Source: Guillardia theta CCMP2712 (taxonomy: Eukaryota; Protista; Cryptophyta). From it: DNA of 64,000 bases. How positions within the stretch are numbered: position 1 is the stretch's first letter; each line of letters starts with the position of its first letter. The notes beneath the pieces are model-generated. The model saw only the letters and a list, made by a program, of their open reading frames with translations. It did no database searches and was not told the DNA's origin. Location: contig NW_005434652.1 in the NCBI RefSeq assembly GCF_000315625.1, positions 426,384-490,383 of the forward strand, read 5' to 3'. Both the position numbers and the translations under genes were made by a program. This document shows, piece after piece, positions 1 through 11,780 of this stretch.

Positions 1-3000
1 CTGCAGGATTTCAGCTCGCCTCCAGCTCGGATGTGAGCGGTGTCGAAGAAAAAAGTAGCTGGGGAAGTTGCTGGGCAATGGTTTTCAAGGGCCTGCGAAA
101 TCAGGATTAGGCTCAATCAAGGGAAGGGAAACCAAGGAAGGCAGCAGGAAGAGCTTCCAGGAAGCGAAGGGGAAGAGGATAGGAGTAGAGAAAGTGACGC
201 AGACCCTGACCAAAGGGAGAGGCGAAGGGGAGTGGGGGCGCAGGCGGTACAGGGTGATGATGACCTGAGGCAGGTTGGCGGACTAACATCATCCACAAGC
301 CCATGCTGCGTCATGTAGAGAACGAAGGTCCTGCAGAGTTTTGGATAACTTGACTGCAGCGAATCTGCCCGCTGTGGCGATGATGAGGACGAGAAGGACA
401 AGCTGCCTGCCAGAGAAGAGAAGCATGTAGCGAGGGAGGGGAGGAGCGCTCCGAGAATCTGAAGAGCATCGCTCTTCAAATTGGGCTGTTTCCTCCCGGT
501 GAAATTCCCTTGCAGTGAGAGACCTGGGCTGAACTTCAGGTCTCTGCTGCTTCGAGTGAGTGAGTAAGAGCATACCGAGTTTTGCAATCAAGACAAGCAG
601 CTCCTGCTGGAGATGTCTTAGGGCCTCCTGTTTCGCAGCTTGTCAAACTTGGGTCTGAGAGCAAACACCTTCACTCACATCGGTTGTCAACCCAGACGCC
701 AACCGCTCGAAGCACCTGAAGCACAGAATTGTCAGCATCAACCTGCCCTTTGTCCCAGCACATTCCCAGCACAGCACCTTGGAATCTCCCTGCGCATTAC
801 GATTGCAGAAGGTTCAAGGATGGAATCGAATGGCCGACTGTAACGTCCCACCATATAATCGATAACCTGAAAGCTTGCGGCTCAGCCAAACCAGCACAAA
901 GAACAAACGGATCGAAAAATTAGGAGGAAATGGGAAGATAGTGAAATGTAGGAAAGGACAGCATACCGAGCTGAGGTACTTGTGAGGAGGTACAAGCGCT
1001 ATCCCTGTGAGGTGGAGAAGGAGATTCTCGTGCAGAGTTGAAGGCAGACTTTGGAGCCCCTCCATGAAGAGACGATGAATGATATCCATGACCTGAATGT
1101 GCATCAGCAGTTTGTGAGGAGTAGGGAGGAGGAGGGAGAGCTGATCGAAGCAGCAGCGCCGGAGCACATGAGGACAGGAGCAGAGGGGGGTGAGAAGGGA
1201 TCAAATATCCTACCTCAGAGTTGTGGATGCGACTGCTGAGGGCCCCAAGGACGAGGACGCCTCCGCGCTGGGAGCGGGAGCTGGAAGTTTGCGGGGACTT
1301 GGCACTTTCATCGGAATCGGTGAAAACGACAGAGGCAATGGAGTGGACGAGCTCGATAATCTCCTGGTGGTAGTTGGAGGAAGCTGAAGGCGAGCCTTTA
1401 CCTTGATTGATGAGGCTGCAAAGACAAGAGATGCTCTGCTCGATGACGCGGTTGCGGGCTGCCAGGGGTAGGAGCGAGAGGAGGCTCTCGTCCATGCAGA
1501 GGTCGACAAACAGATCCCTTGCCACTTGCTCACAAACCTCGGGATGGGAGGAAGCAAAGTTTCTCATGGCTTCAAGGGCACAACTCAACAGAGTCTCGGC
1601 ACACTTGTCACTCATCAAGTCTCCTGCTCGTATCTTGTTGATGATCTTGCGATTGCTGCCCGTTGTCCTGACAAGACGATCTGTTGCAATCAAACTTTTC
1701 GACACGACCGAGTTGTCCAGCCTCGTGCAAGCGTTGAATATTCTGCTCTCGAGCGTCAAATCTTGCTTGAAAAAATGTACAAGACTAAGACCTAAACGAG
1801 TTGAGGAGAAGATCCTCGTTGATTTGATGGTCAGTCTCAGGATTCATGAAAGATTGTAACACCAAATGGGAGTGCTCATAGATGACTTTGTAAGACCTTG
1901 CAAACTGTATCCTTCCAAGGCTTTCCTGGAAAGATTTCGCAGCTCTGCCAACCTGGTGCCCACTGGAGCTCCTTGAACTGAACTGTATGGAATGCTGCTG
2001 ATCTTTGGACTTTGGTTGTTCTAGCGTGAAAGGGATCAGAAAAAGTCAACTGAATGAAAACAAATCTTCACACTTTCGACTGTCTGAACATTTTGTTTCT
2101 GCATGACAAGACTGTTAGAAAATGTTTCCAAGATTGCAACAATCATAGGCGATGCATCACCCTACCTCGAGAACGAGGATAACAAACCGCATTGTTGCCT
2201 TGAGCATATTTTCGTCATGAACTGGAGGAACATTCATTGAAAATGAAGTGCGTGTGTCTTCTTACAAAAAAATCTGTGTTGTTCCTGATTCTAGAATATA
2301 AAATCAGACTCACTGATTCGGGTATGTGATGACATGACCTGTCTAATAAAGTCGATTGCACTTACGAAGACGCTTTCCCCCTGTGCAGTAGATGAGTATC
2401 ATATCCGTCGAAAGAGGAAAAGTTGTGTCAGAATCAATTACCAAGCTCGTAGTCAACATCTTGTTCCACATCGACTCGCTCGAGTTTTCGCAAATGATAT
2501 CCAGCAACCACACTGCTAAGTTACACGATCTGGCTTTCTCATGCAGAACTTTGTCGTCGAAAAAGTCTTGGAGTTCCTCACAGAATGCTTCGATCACCGG
2601 AAGGGAGTATTCATCGCGTTCTTGTTTCGTCCATTCGAACAGATCGCTGAAGAACTTTCGGACAACTTCGGCTGAATTGAATGAGAGTTGTTCACAAGGT
2701 CACACTTCAAATATTGATAGGAATCGTACCTTCTTCCCAATTTTCCTGTTCAGGAATATCAGACTTTTCATAACTCAAAGAAATCAAGTCTCACGTGAAT
2801 GTTGGTCCTGCAGCATTGATGAAAGAGGTCGACAAACTCGCTGACGGAATTCTGCCACACACATTGACCAGTGGTGCTCACTAGCGATATTGAAAACCTC
2901 AAGATTCTTTTGCGGACATTCAAGCTGTCATCACTCAGTCAGAAGAATCACAGCCTTGCGTGCTGTTGCAACGCACCATCCATCGAAGCACATTGCTGGC

Positions 3001-3133
3001 AAATGCACTTGAGCGAAACAGCTCGATAGTATCCGAGACTTGGGACGCATCATCGTCGGCTTGTTCCTCCATGACAGAAGAAGAAGAAGTTGTCTCTTGC
3101 TCTTCTTATGCTGATATCATCTTTCTCGTTCAT
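1..3133 (-). CDS. Multi-exon hypothetical protein, probably helical; 3' end likely runs off the window
   Basis: Minus-strand ORF pieces (117-587, 920-1759, 2343-2597) separated by short intron-like gaps; candidate start MNEKDDISIRREQET at ~3133 just downstream of a CCGG-rich island. No recognised motif. Confidence 0.5.
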
Positions 3134-3861
3134 TCCCCCATCCTTGTCTATGCGCACTGCTCTCACGCTCCCTCCATCCCTCGCATCGCTCTTACATACT
3201 GGGCAGCATCAACATCTTTGCGATGGCCTACCACCCCTACCCTCTTAGAGCCTAGTCCTGTGCTAAGAACCGGTGTGACTGCAGTCTCACTCGCCGGGCC
3301 GGGGCCGGGCCTCACCCCGGGCCCGGCCCGGCGGCGGTCCGACGACTAGGCTGACAGTCAGCGGAGTCCGGCGGAGTGGCAACTTTCTCAGTGCATAGCC
3401 TAGTAGCAAGGCGATGCTCAGCGACGTAAGGTACTGCTTCAGGAGCAAAGAGAAAAACGGGTGAAACTTAGAAAGGAGGCAGGAGGTTACAAGGGGCCCG
3501 TACTACGGTAGCCTGTATAGCCGTATGCGGCAACCGGGAGATCAGAAGTGACCAAGTTCACTGCCGATCTGCCAGGGGTCGACGAAGTGGGATGGATCGG
3601 ACTCGGAGCTCGTCGCGCTTCTCAGCCTGTGTGTTGCTGCGCATCAACTTGAGACATTTCGGCGTTGCTACTCCAGTCTGTCCGATCTCGTAACGGTTGT
3701 CGGAATGCTCAGTGCGGCCCCGCCGGGACCCGGGCCCGGGGGGAAACTTTCAAACGTTGAAAGGGGAATATTGAACTATTTCTTTACTCAAAGTTAAGTG
3801 AACTATTTAGTACTCATGTAAAACAACACACCGTCAACCATTCCTGTAGTGAAACCCTGCT

Positions 3862-5448
3862 TCAGCATTCACTGTAGTGCGCGTCAGCAACTTCTTCTGT
3901 CACCATCCTTTGCATGGCGGTACGCAATGCTAGGCGGAAGGTGTGGTGCTGATTGAAGAAGGATGTCACGTGCCCGCCACACACCCAACGAGTCTCAACT
4001 CCATAATCCTCGCTGCTCAAGTATTCATACGTTGGCGGAAAAGCCTTCCAGTAATCCCTCCATGACGATCGAATCACTTCTTCGGACCGTCTGTCAATGT
4101 ATGCGTCTTCCTTCGCCTGCTTCAAAATCAGCTATGCAAACTTGTGATAGCGCCCCATATACCTGAATCAAAATGGTTGCCCACGGGCACGGAGGTGGAG
4201 GCAGCCGAGTTACATCTGTGATTCTCAAAATTCGTCCTAGTCGATGTTTGACATCTTCATCTTCACAATTCCATTCATTCCAATTGATCGAGCTCGAGTG
4301 CCGAGACAAAGCATCCCAGTCACAAGATGCCGAGAGAGCGCCCTGGCAGAAAACCGGAGCAGCACACTGAGGAGCCAAGAAAGTGACCAACGCTACTGGA
4401 AGGTTGCAGACTCCTGCTGTCATGATGGCGTGCACTCCACCCATACTGAATCCACAGATTCCCAGAGGTCTGCAAACATCATCAGGGGGATGGCAGGAGA
4501 ATCTCATAACAATACCCATGTCCGTGAGCATTGAAATAACGCAAAATCGATATGGTCTCCTCAATTGTGGCATTTCCCAAGGAGAGGAGATCCGAGACAC
4601 ACTGAGGCCAATCAGAGGCATGCATGCATTCTTTGAAGATCTTACCTGCAACTTCGGTCCTCTCTGTCTCCTTGGCTTGCGATGACCATAATATGGTGAT
4701 TCAAGAATCACTGAACCGATTCCTGTGTTAGGGAGCGGTCAACCGAGCGTACTGCAGTATGAACTCCCCACTGACCTTGCTTAGCCAGCTTACAGGAGAG
4801 CGTCTTTCTCATCCAGAAATACTTGCAAAACAAGTCAGGCTCAAAGCAACGTTCTCTTGGAAATACAGACTTGATCGCCTGTTCCTGCAAGATGTACCCA
4901 CAGGGGAATTCCAGCAGAAACACTATCAGAGGGATGTCTGCGATTGCAAGTGAGTGACGATGCCATATTCTCAAGAGCTTGTCACCCGAAGCTGGTGGGA
5001 ACCACTAGCTGGCAGCGTGCAGACATAGACTCAGGAGGTAGAGTTCCATCTTGAACGGGACTCTCGAAATCACCTATTGGCGGATCCAATTACAACAACA
5101 ATAGCTTGCAACGAAATGAGTACCTGCCCAAACATTCACACCGTCAAAGGACTTCAAAGGAGATTTCTGCCAAGATATATCCATGTATTTCTCGTCTGAC
5201 ATGTACAAACTTCCGCATCTCTTAGACGAGGATCGCTTTTCGTGTTGGGAAGAAAGATAGTTCAGGATTGCAGGATCACCCCATCCCCTGGACCACAATT
5301 TCCCATTTCCGCCAAGAGCCTGTACGAGCCTACTGCTATGACATGATGCAAATATTCTGGAAGCATTTTCCTTCGTGAGTGCCTTTGTACAAATGATAGC
5401 AGTATCTTACCTATCGACCGCGTTCTTTCCCAGCTTAACGTTGTCCAT
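3862..5448 (-). CDS. ABHD18: ABHD18/DUF2048-family alpha/beta hydrolase (multi-exon)
   Basis: Spliced MDNVKLGKNAVDR|IFAS...KLWSRGWGDP; LESPYYGHRKP; nucleophile elbow GFSMGG; AKEDAYI; C-terminal GGHVTSF; stop at 3862. Confidence 0.85.
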
Positions 5449-6296
5449 CTCAATACTCCTATCAGTCCCCAACTGGGCATTGAAGAAATAACCCCTAGTG
5501 GCAAGATTTCGCGCAAAAAACTTCATTCTACAAAGATGCACCGCTCCATTTCCAGATTTTGGAAACCACGACATCACTTTTGTTTGAAAAACGGTTCGTT
5601 CAGACAGCTGTTCAAATTAAGAAATCAACAAGGACATCCAACGATTATCTCGACATCATAAGCCATTATTTGATGCCGCTATCTCACACAAAACATTTCC
5701 TGTTCAGGAACCTTCGCGACCTGCAGTAAAAGATGAGTTTGTCAAAATGAAAGGCGCCATCCAGTGTCATGTCCGAAAAAATGACGCTAATCCCTCCCCT
5801 TGACCAGATCGAATGAGATTCAAACCCTACAAGACATCTGATGCGATCTAGACTGTTCACAATGCTGCCTTCTACATCAGGCAAGCCCTAACACCATTGA
5901 GCACAACACTTCAATTCTATCTTCTCTGCATCTGCACATCTTGCTTCTTTTCTCACTTATTACAACCTACCAACCAATTGGGACCCCCAGGACCCCTACC
6001 CCCCGAATTACTCCATCTTGATTTTTACCGGTACAGAAAGTACCATCACCCCTTAGAACTCCCAGACAAGACCCGGTAAGAAAGCTGATAAATTACTATA
6101 CCCACCCCCTAAATCCATCTGACACCACCCTCACCCCTAAACAAATGTTGCTGACTGAATTCTAGCAATTCTAATTGAAATGCGATCTGTACGTGAATGC
6201 TCCACCCTACCCCCTTCAATTACCAGACTCTAAAAGATGAACAGACCCGTACTCCCATGCCCACTTGTAGACCCTTTGAGCTGACGTGACTCGACG

Positions 6297-6341
6297 AGGC
6301 CGCCGGCTGCCGGCCGGGCCCGGCCCGGCCCGGCCGGGCGG
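6297..6341. promoter_or_regulatory. CCGG/GGCC-dense island upstream of a gene start; one of about ten in the window
   Basis: ggccgccggctgccggccgggcccggcccggcccggccgggcgg about 250 nt before the RCC1 ATG; function inferred from position only. Confidence 0.4.
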
Positions 6342-6590
6342 CTTTCAGCAAGGACCCCCACCCCCATCTTGTTCTTCAAATCGTACCCACCCTGGAGGAG
6401 ATAAGCCAACCCATGTCGTGAAAGAAACAGGGCATGGGGCATGGTAGTTTGATGGCGGAGGGCGAACGCCTGAGACGCGAGCTCGAAGATGGTGGGAAGA
6501 GAACTTCCCTGCAGTAAGTGTGGGTTGGAGATGAGCAGCGAGCTTCTGCACGCAACATAGACGTGGAGCAAGGCATTGAAACCTGTCAAT

Positions 6591-9500
6591 ATGGAGGATA
6601 ATGGCGCTCGGGCTTGCCTCTGGACTTGGTAGCCGCTGATGAAGTTGCCTTTCTCTCTCTCATTGCGATGTAGGGGCTGGGGAGAATTCGGAAGACTGGG
6701 ACATGGAGATACCTTGTCGCAGTTAGAGCCAAAACGTCTCCGCTTTGACAAACGCTTCCCTGTCTCACTATCCTTTACAGCATTGGCGCATGAATCATTG
6801 AATGGCGCCATCTACGTTGCATGTGGCGGGCACCACACAGTAGCTGTAACAGAAGACGGAGAGGTGAAATACGTTCCTTGAATGCTATCATCCCCTGCTT
6901 GTGCTTGAGCTCAGGGTTGACGGATCTTTCCCTGAAGGTGGTCTCGTGGGGTTGGGGTAACGAAGGGCAGTTGGGGAGTGGAAACGCCTTCGATCAAACG
7001 TGACACTCCCATCACATCGCTTCATCAACTGAACACGTTCATCAGAGTGCCGGCCGTGGTGAAAGCCTTGTCAAACCACCGGGTGTGCGGGGTCGCGTGC
7101 GGATACTATCACACTGCCGTCGTCACAGGTGCTTCTTGCTGGTGAGGTGGAAGATGCTGATCTCTTCCTGTGCAGATGTCGGTCTGGTGATGTGCTGGGG
7201 GAAGGGAAACTCCGGTCAACTGGGACAGGTGCAGACATCAATCCCAAAGCACCAGGACCTGCAAAGCAGTGTGCTGAGTTGAACCCCAGGGGGACTGGAC
7301 CAGCTCCTTGCTACCAAGAACGGTATCAACCCTCTACAACGAGAAGATTAGACAGGTCTGTTGGAGAAGGGAAGGAGATCTTTCATCCTGATGCTCTCTT
7401 CCTTCAGATCGCATGTGGCATGGCGCACACGCTTGCGCTGTCTGTGAACGGGGAGATATACAGCTGGGGAGCTGGAGCTGATGGGCAGCTGGGTATTTCA
7501 TTGTTCACGTGGCCTGCCAGTTTTGGGTTGAGAAGTCTCCCAAGGTGTAGGCAAACATCAGGAGGAGACGGCGGATGTGGCCACTCCGCAGAAGGTGCGT
7601 AGGATCAGAGGCATCCTTCTCGGATGATGCTGGGGTCACAGATGAAAGGGTATGACGGGTTTGAGCAGGTCAGGGTTGACGAGGAGGAGAAGTTTGAGTT
7701 CATAGCCTGTGGGAGTAGACACTGCATGTTAGAGCTGAAGTTCCAGTGGAAGGAGATGATACCACATTCCAGGGCTATCACGGACGACTGCCGACTGTTT
7801 TCATGGGGTCTCGGAGCAGATGGGTGAGATTTCTTCTTGTCTCCTTCCTCTCTGTCCCCTCTACTCCAACAGGATAATCTCCTCGTAATTTCGTTCTGTC
7901 GTGATGGTGCTGAGTTTGATTTCAGGCGTTTGGGTCTCGGGGATTCTGAGAGCCGATTCAGCCCCACTGTTGGTAGGTTGGGGAAGGAAAAGGATGTGGA
8001 AGAGAAAGGAACGGAGTTTGAGAGGAGGCAAGGTTCCAGGAAGGAGGAGGTGGGGGATGTTCCAGAAGCAGGAGAGGAGCCACAGCAAGCTGACGCTCTC
8101 TCGTCGCAGTCCGGCGGAGTATAGAGAACCTTCGGATCTGTTACGTGGCGGCAGGGGGCCATCACACGGCGGTGACTTGCTGATCAGCAGCCGCCAGCCA
8201 GTTCCAGTCTGATGGTGCCGTCCCATAGGTTCTCTCTGACAATGGCGAGATCTTCACCTGTGGTAGAGGGAGGTAAGGGGACGCGTTGCTCCTGCGCTCT
8301 ATCCCCACTGACCTTGCGGCCTCCTCCTCCTCCAGCTATGGACAGCTCGGGCATGGAGACGCTGATCCGCAGCTGACTCTGAAGAAGGCAAGAGCGTTGC
8401 GCCATGGTTGCCTCCTGCTCCATGTGCGTGACACAGAAGTTCAGATTGTCCAGCTGAGAGACAAGAAGATCATCAAAGCTGCTTGTGGCGACACGCACAC
8501 GTTGGTCATATCGACTGCTGGTATAGAGCGAGAACCTCCTCCTGTAGTCTCCATGCGATTCCTCCTCCTCCTCCTCCTCCTCCTCCTCCCCCTCCTCCTC
8601 CACTGCCACCTCCACTACCTCCTCCTCCTCCTCCTCCTCCTCCTCCTCCTCCTGATCATCGTCATCATCGTCATCATCGTCATCATCGTCATCGTCATCA
8701 TCCTGTAGATCTCCTGCGTCTGCTCTTCGTTTTTTCATCTCCTCTCTTCCAGTTTTCTGATCCTCACTCTGCCTCTTCACTTTTGCAGGCGAAGTTTTCG
8801 CATGGGGAGCAGCAGAAGACGGGCAGGTGCCATGAATTTCAATCTGATTCTTCAGCCCAAGTTTACCTTTCTTTCTGTTCGGCCACAGCTGGGGACGGGA
8901 GGGACAGAGGGAGCAAACTCTCCCGTCGAGCTCACAAGCCTTCGGGTGAACTTGATGTCGATCTCATCTCAGCACCCTACTCCCTCCTCCTCCTCCTCCT
9001 CCTCCTCCTTTCTTCGCTCCTTCCTTTCCTCTCCTCCTTTCCATTCCCCCTCCCCCTCGCCTCATCTCCTCTTCCTGCCCTCCCTGTGCGAGCACTTCTT
9101 GTAACTCCGTGTGGCCTAGTTGTTGTTCTCGTCCTCTCCTGACTTGTTGCTGGGCTCCCGCAGGGACTTGTCGGGGACGTGTCCTGTGGGCTCGTTCACT
9201 CTGCTGCTGTGCCGATGCAAATCTTTGCCGTCAGTTCCAAGGTGTGTAGTGCAAGGAGCAGAGAAGGGGGATGGGGAAGGGGATGGGGAGGAGGTTGGCT
9301 GGGGGGAGTGAGACAAGGAGGAGAGGGGAGGAAGATCAGGGCTGAGAGACGCGAAGATCGCAGAGCTGGAAGATGTGATTCAACGTCTCTCCACCAGCCT
9401 TCGAACGGCTGAAATGCAGGTGAGATCTCCTCGGGCTCAAAGTTCAATCCTCTTCCTCCTCGTCCTCCTCCTTGTCTTGTCCTTCTTCCGCATATTCGTT

Positions 9501-11618
9501 TTCCTCGCTCTCGCCCCTCCCCTACACTTTCTCATCCTCGTCTTCCTTGCATGTATTCTGCATCCTCTTCCTCCTTAGCCTCGTCTGTCTTCCTGCACAT
9601 CCGTGAGTAATGAGCTGTTCAGGTGCAAGCAGAGAGAAGGTCTCGGCTGGTTGCGGAGCACAAGTGAGCGAATCTGAGAATCGACGTGATTTGTTTGCTG
9701 ATCCTCGTCCTCCTCGTCCTTCTCCTTCTCCTTCACATTCTCCTTCGCCTTCTCCTTCCACTTCTACTTCTCCTTCTCCTTCTGCTCCCGTTTCTGCTCC
9801 TGCTCTTCCACCCCACTTCTTGTCGGCAGGTTGCAAGAGGCCATGCACCTCTTGTCAAAGAGGGGAGCTGTGCATAAGGTGGTACATGGGAGCGAAGCAA
9901 CAGGAAATGGAGAGGAGGAGCATCGCAATCATGCTGTGAGGCACGAGGCCCCTCCTATGGTGGATGTGAGTTGATCGAGGAGGAGGAGGAGGAGGAGGAG
10001 GAGGAGGAGGAGGAGGAGGAAGTGTGTGAGTGTGTGAGTTGTAAGGAGGGGCGTTGGAGACAACGAGTATTTTGCTGTTTGCTGATGTCATCAGTAATTC
10101 CCTGCTGGTAGGCGTGCGTACAGACTGAGGGTTACTTGCTCTATCCCCGCAAGAGTTACGCCAAGAGCTCGGTAGCAACAGCAGAACCTGTGGCCCCTCC
10201 AGCAGGCAACCAGGATGACAGGGCCTCCTCGCGCCAGGGGGAAGGAGAGAGGAAGAAGGAGAGAGAGAGCGAGAAGGAAGGAGAGAGGAAGAAGACGGGT
10301 GAAGGTCCTACAGAGACTGAGAGCTTCAAAAGGGACGGGCTGCTCCGACGAGCTCAGCAGATCCAGCAGGTGAGGAGGAGGAAGCAGGGGGGATCCCCCC
10401 TGATTGGACGAGGAGGAGGAGGGAGACAACAGGAGGAGGAGGAGGAGGAGGAGGAGGAGGAGGAGGAGGAGGAGGAGGAGGAGGATGGAAACCTAACTCA
10501 TGAGAAGGAGACGATGGGGAAGAATTCAACGCACAACGCTAGCGAGATGCGAGAGCTTCAACTATCCTTCCTCGAGGACGTTCGATGTACATCCCTTCCT
10601 TCGAGCCCCATGCCCTCCTCCTCTCGCCCTCCTCCTTACCTCTTGCTCGCTGACGGGGTCGCAGGCGGAGGAAGCATCACGACTTCGTCCATGGGGAGCG
10701 AATCAGACTCCATCCTCGAGCTGGTTGTCCTCTTCCTTCCTCTCCCTGCTCTCCTCTCCTCCGCAGCCTCTTTCATCTCCCCGTGAATCTTCCGTTCTTG
10801 CAGTTCACTCCATCCCTCTCTCCTCCCCTCCTCTCCCTCCCTTCCTCCCCTCCACCGTCCTCCTCTACCTCTACCTCTCCCTCTCTCCCCTCGCCTCCCC
10901 CCTCCTCGTCCTCGGCGTTGCTGACAGTGGCATGCAGGAGCTCGAGTGTGACGAGAGCTTGAAGGACACCTACCAGCTGCAGCACGACGTCCTGCCGGAG
11001 TATTACCTTCCCCAGTCAGGTGGAGGGCCAGGTGGAGACCGACTTTGTGCCTCCCCACGTTCGCAGCCTGACGAGGGGAAGCAGCAGGGGTGTTAGCTGG
11101 GAAAGGAGAAAGGCACGTGCTTGAGGATGGGTGGGCTCCTGCTCCTGCTGTCGCTCCTCTGACGAGGCTGAGCAGGAAGACGAAGCATGTAGGGAAGCAA
11201 GATTTGATGGAGGCGAACAGCCATGCGCAAGCTGCTGGTAAGATTTCTCCTCGTCCTCCTCGTCATCGTCTCCTCGTCCTCGTCCTCGTCCTCCTCTTAT
11301 TCCTCCTCCGCTCTCAGATGCTTCTCCTCTGATCGCCTCAACAGGAACCAGCCGACTTAACAGCAAGACGAGGCAGATGTTCAAGATCTCCAGCAAAGTC
11401 AAGCGCGGGGTACGAGTCGAAGAGGAAACGAAGGCGGAGGGAGGGAGAGGCATGGGACTGGGGAAGGGGAAGGAGAGAGGGAGGAGGAGGAAAGGCAAGG
11501 AAGGAGGATGGGAAACGGAAGCGAGAGGAGATACGGCAAGATGACTTGCTGGCAGGTGACAGGGTTTCTGAAGGAGCTGAAGGAGGAGCTCATTTCTGAT
11601 CGCCCGCATGACGGATAA
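6591..11618 (+). CDS. RCC1-repeat beta-propeller protein with long low-complexity C-terminal tail (many introns)
   Basis: Repeated WGWGEFGRLGHG, VACGGHHTVAV, WGWGNEGQLG, WGKGNSGQLG, IACGMAHTLAL, WGAGADGQLG, ACGDTHT, VSCGLVHSAA over 6.6-9.2 kb. Plausible later exons end ...KELKEELISDRPHDG* at ~11618; the tail is less certain. Confidence 0.8.
8560..8702. repeat. Compound (CCT)n/(ATC,GTC)n microsatellite in an RCC1 gene intron
   Basis: Direct array. Similar (GAG/CCT)n tracts at ~9978-10020, 10430-10482, 11650-11705, 34895-34950 and 37505-37545. Confidence 0.9.
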
Positions 11619-11780
11619 GAACATTATTCAGTAAGATTAAACAAGTCTATCCTCCTCCTCCTCCTCCTCCTCCTCCTCCTCCTCCTCCTCCTTCTCCTCC
11701 TCCTCGTCCACATGCTCCTGCCATTCTGTCCCACCTATTCTTTCAAGCTTCTCTTCTTCGCCTTTCCTCCACTTGCGAGG

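Noticed and set aside
5262-5516. Apparent frameshift at the ABHD18 N-terminus between ORFs 5262-5516 and 5074-5298
   Set aside because: Resolved by an intron: DR|IFASCHSSRLVQALGGNGKLWSRGWGD reads through in one frame.
8184-9142. Poly-Asp/Glu, poly-Pro and poly-Leu ORFs, and similar ones at 36.4-39.4 kb and 53.3-54.3 kb
   Set aside because: They are translations of intronic or intergenic microsatellites and antisense frames.
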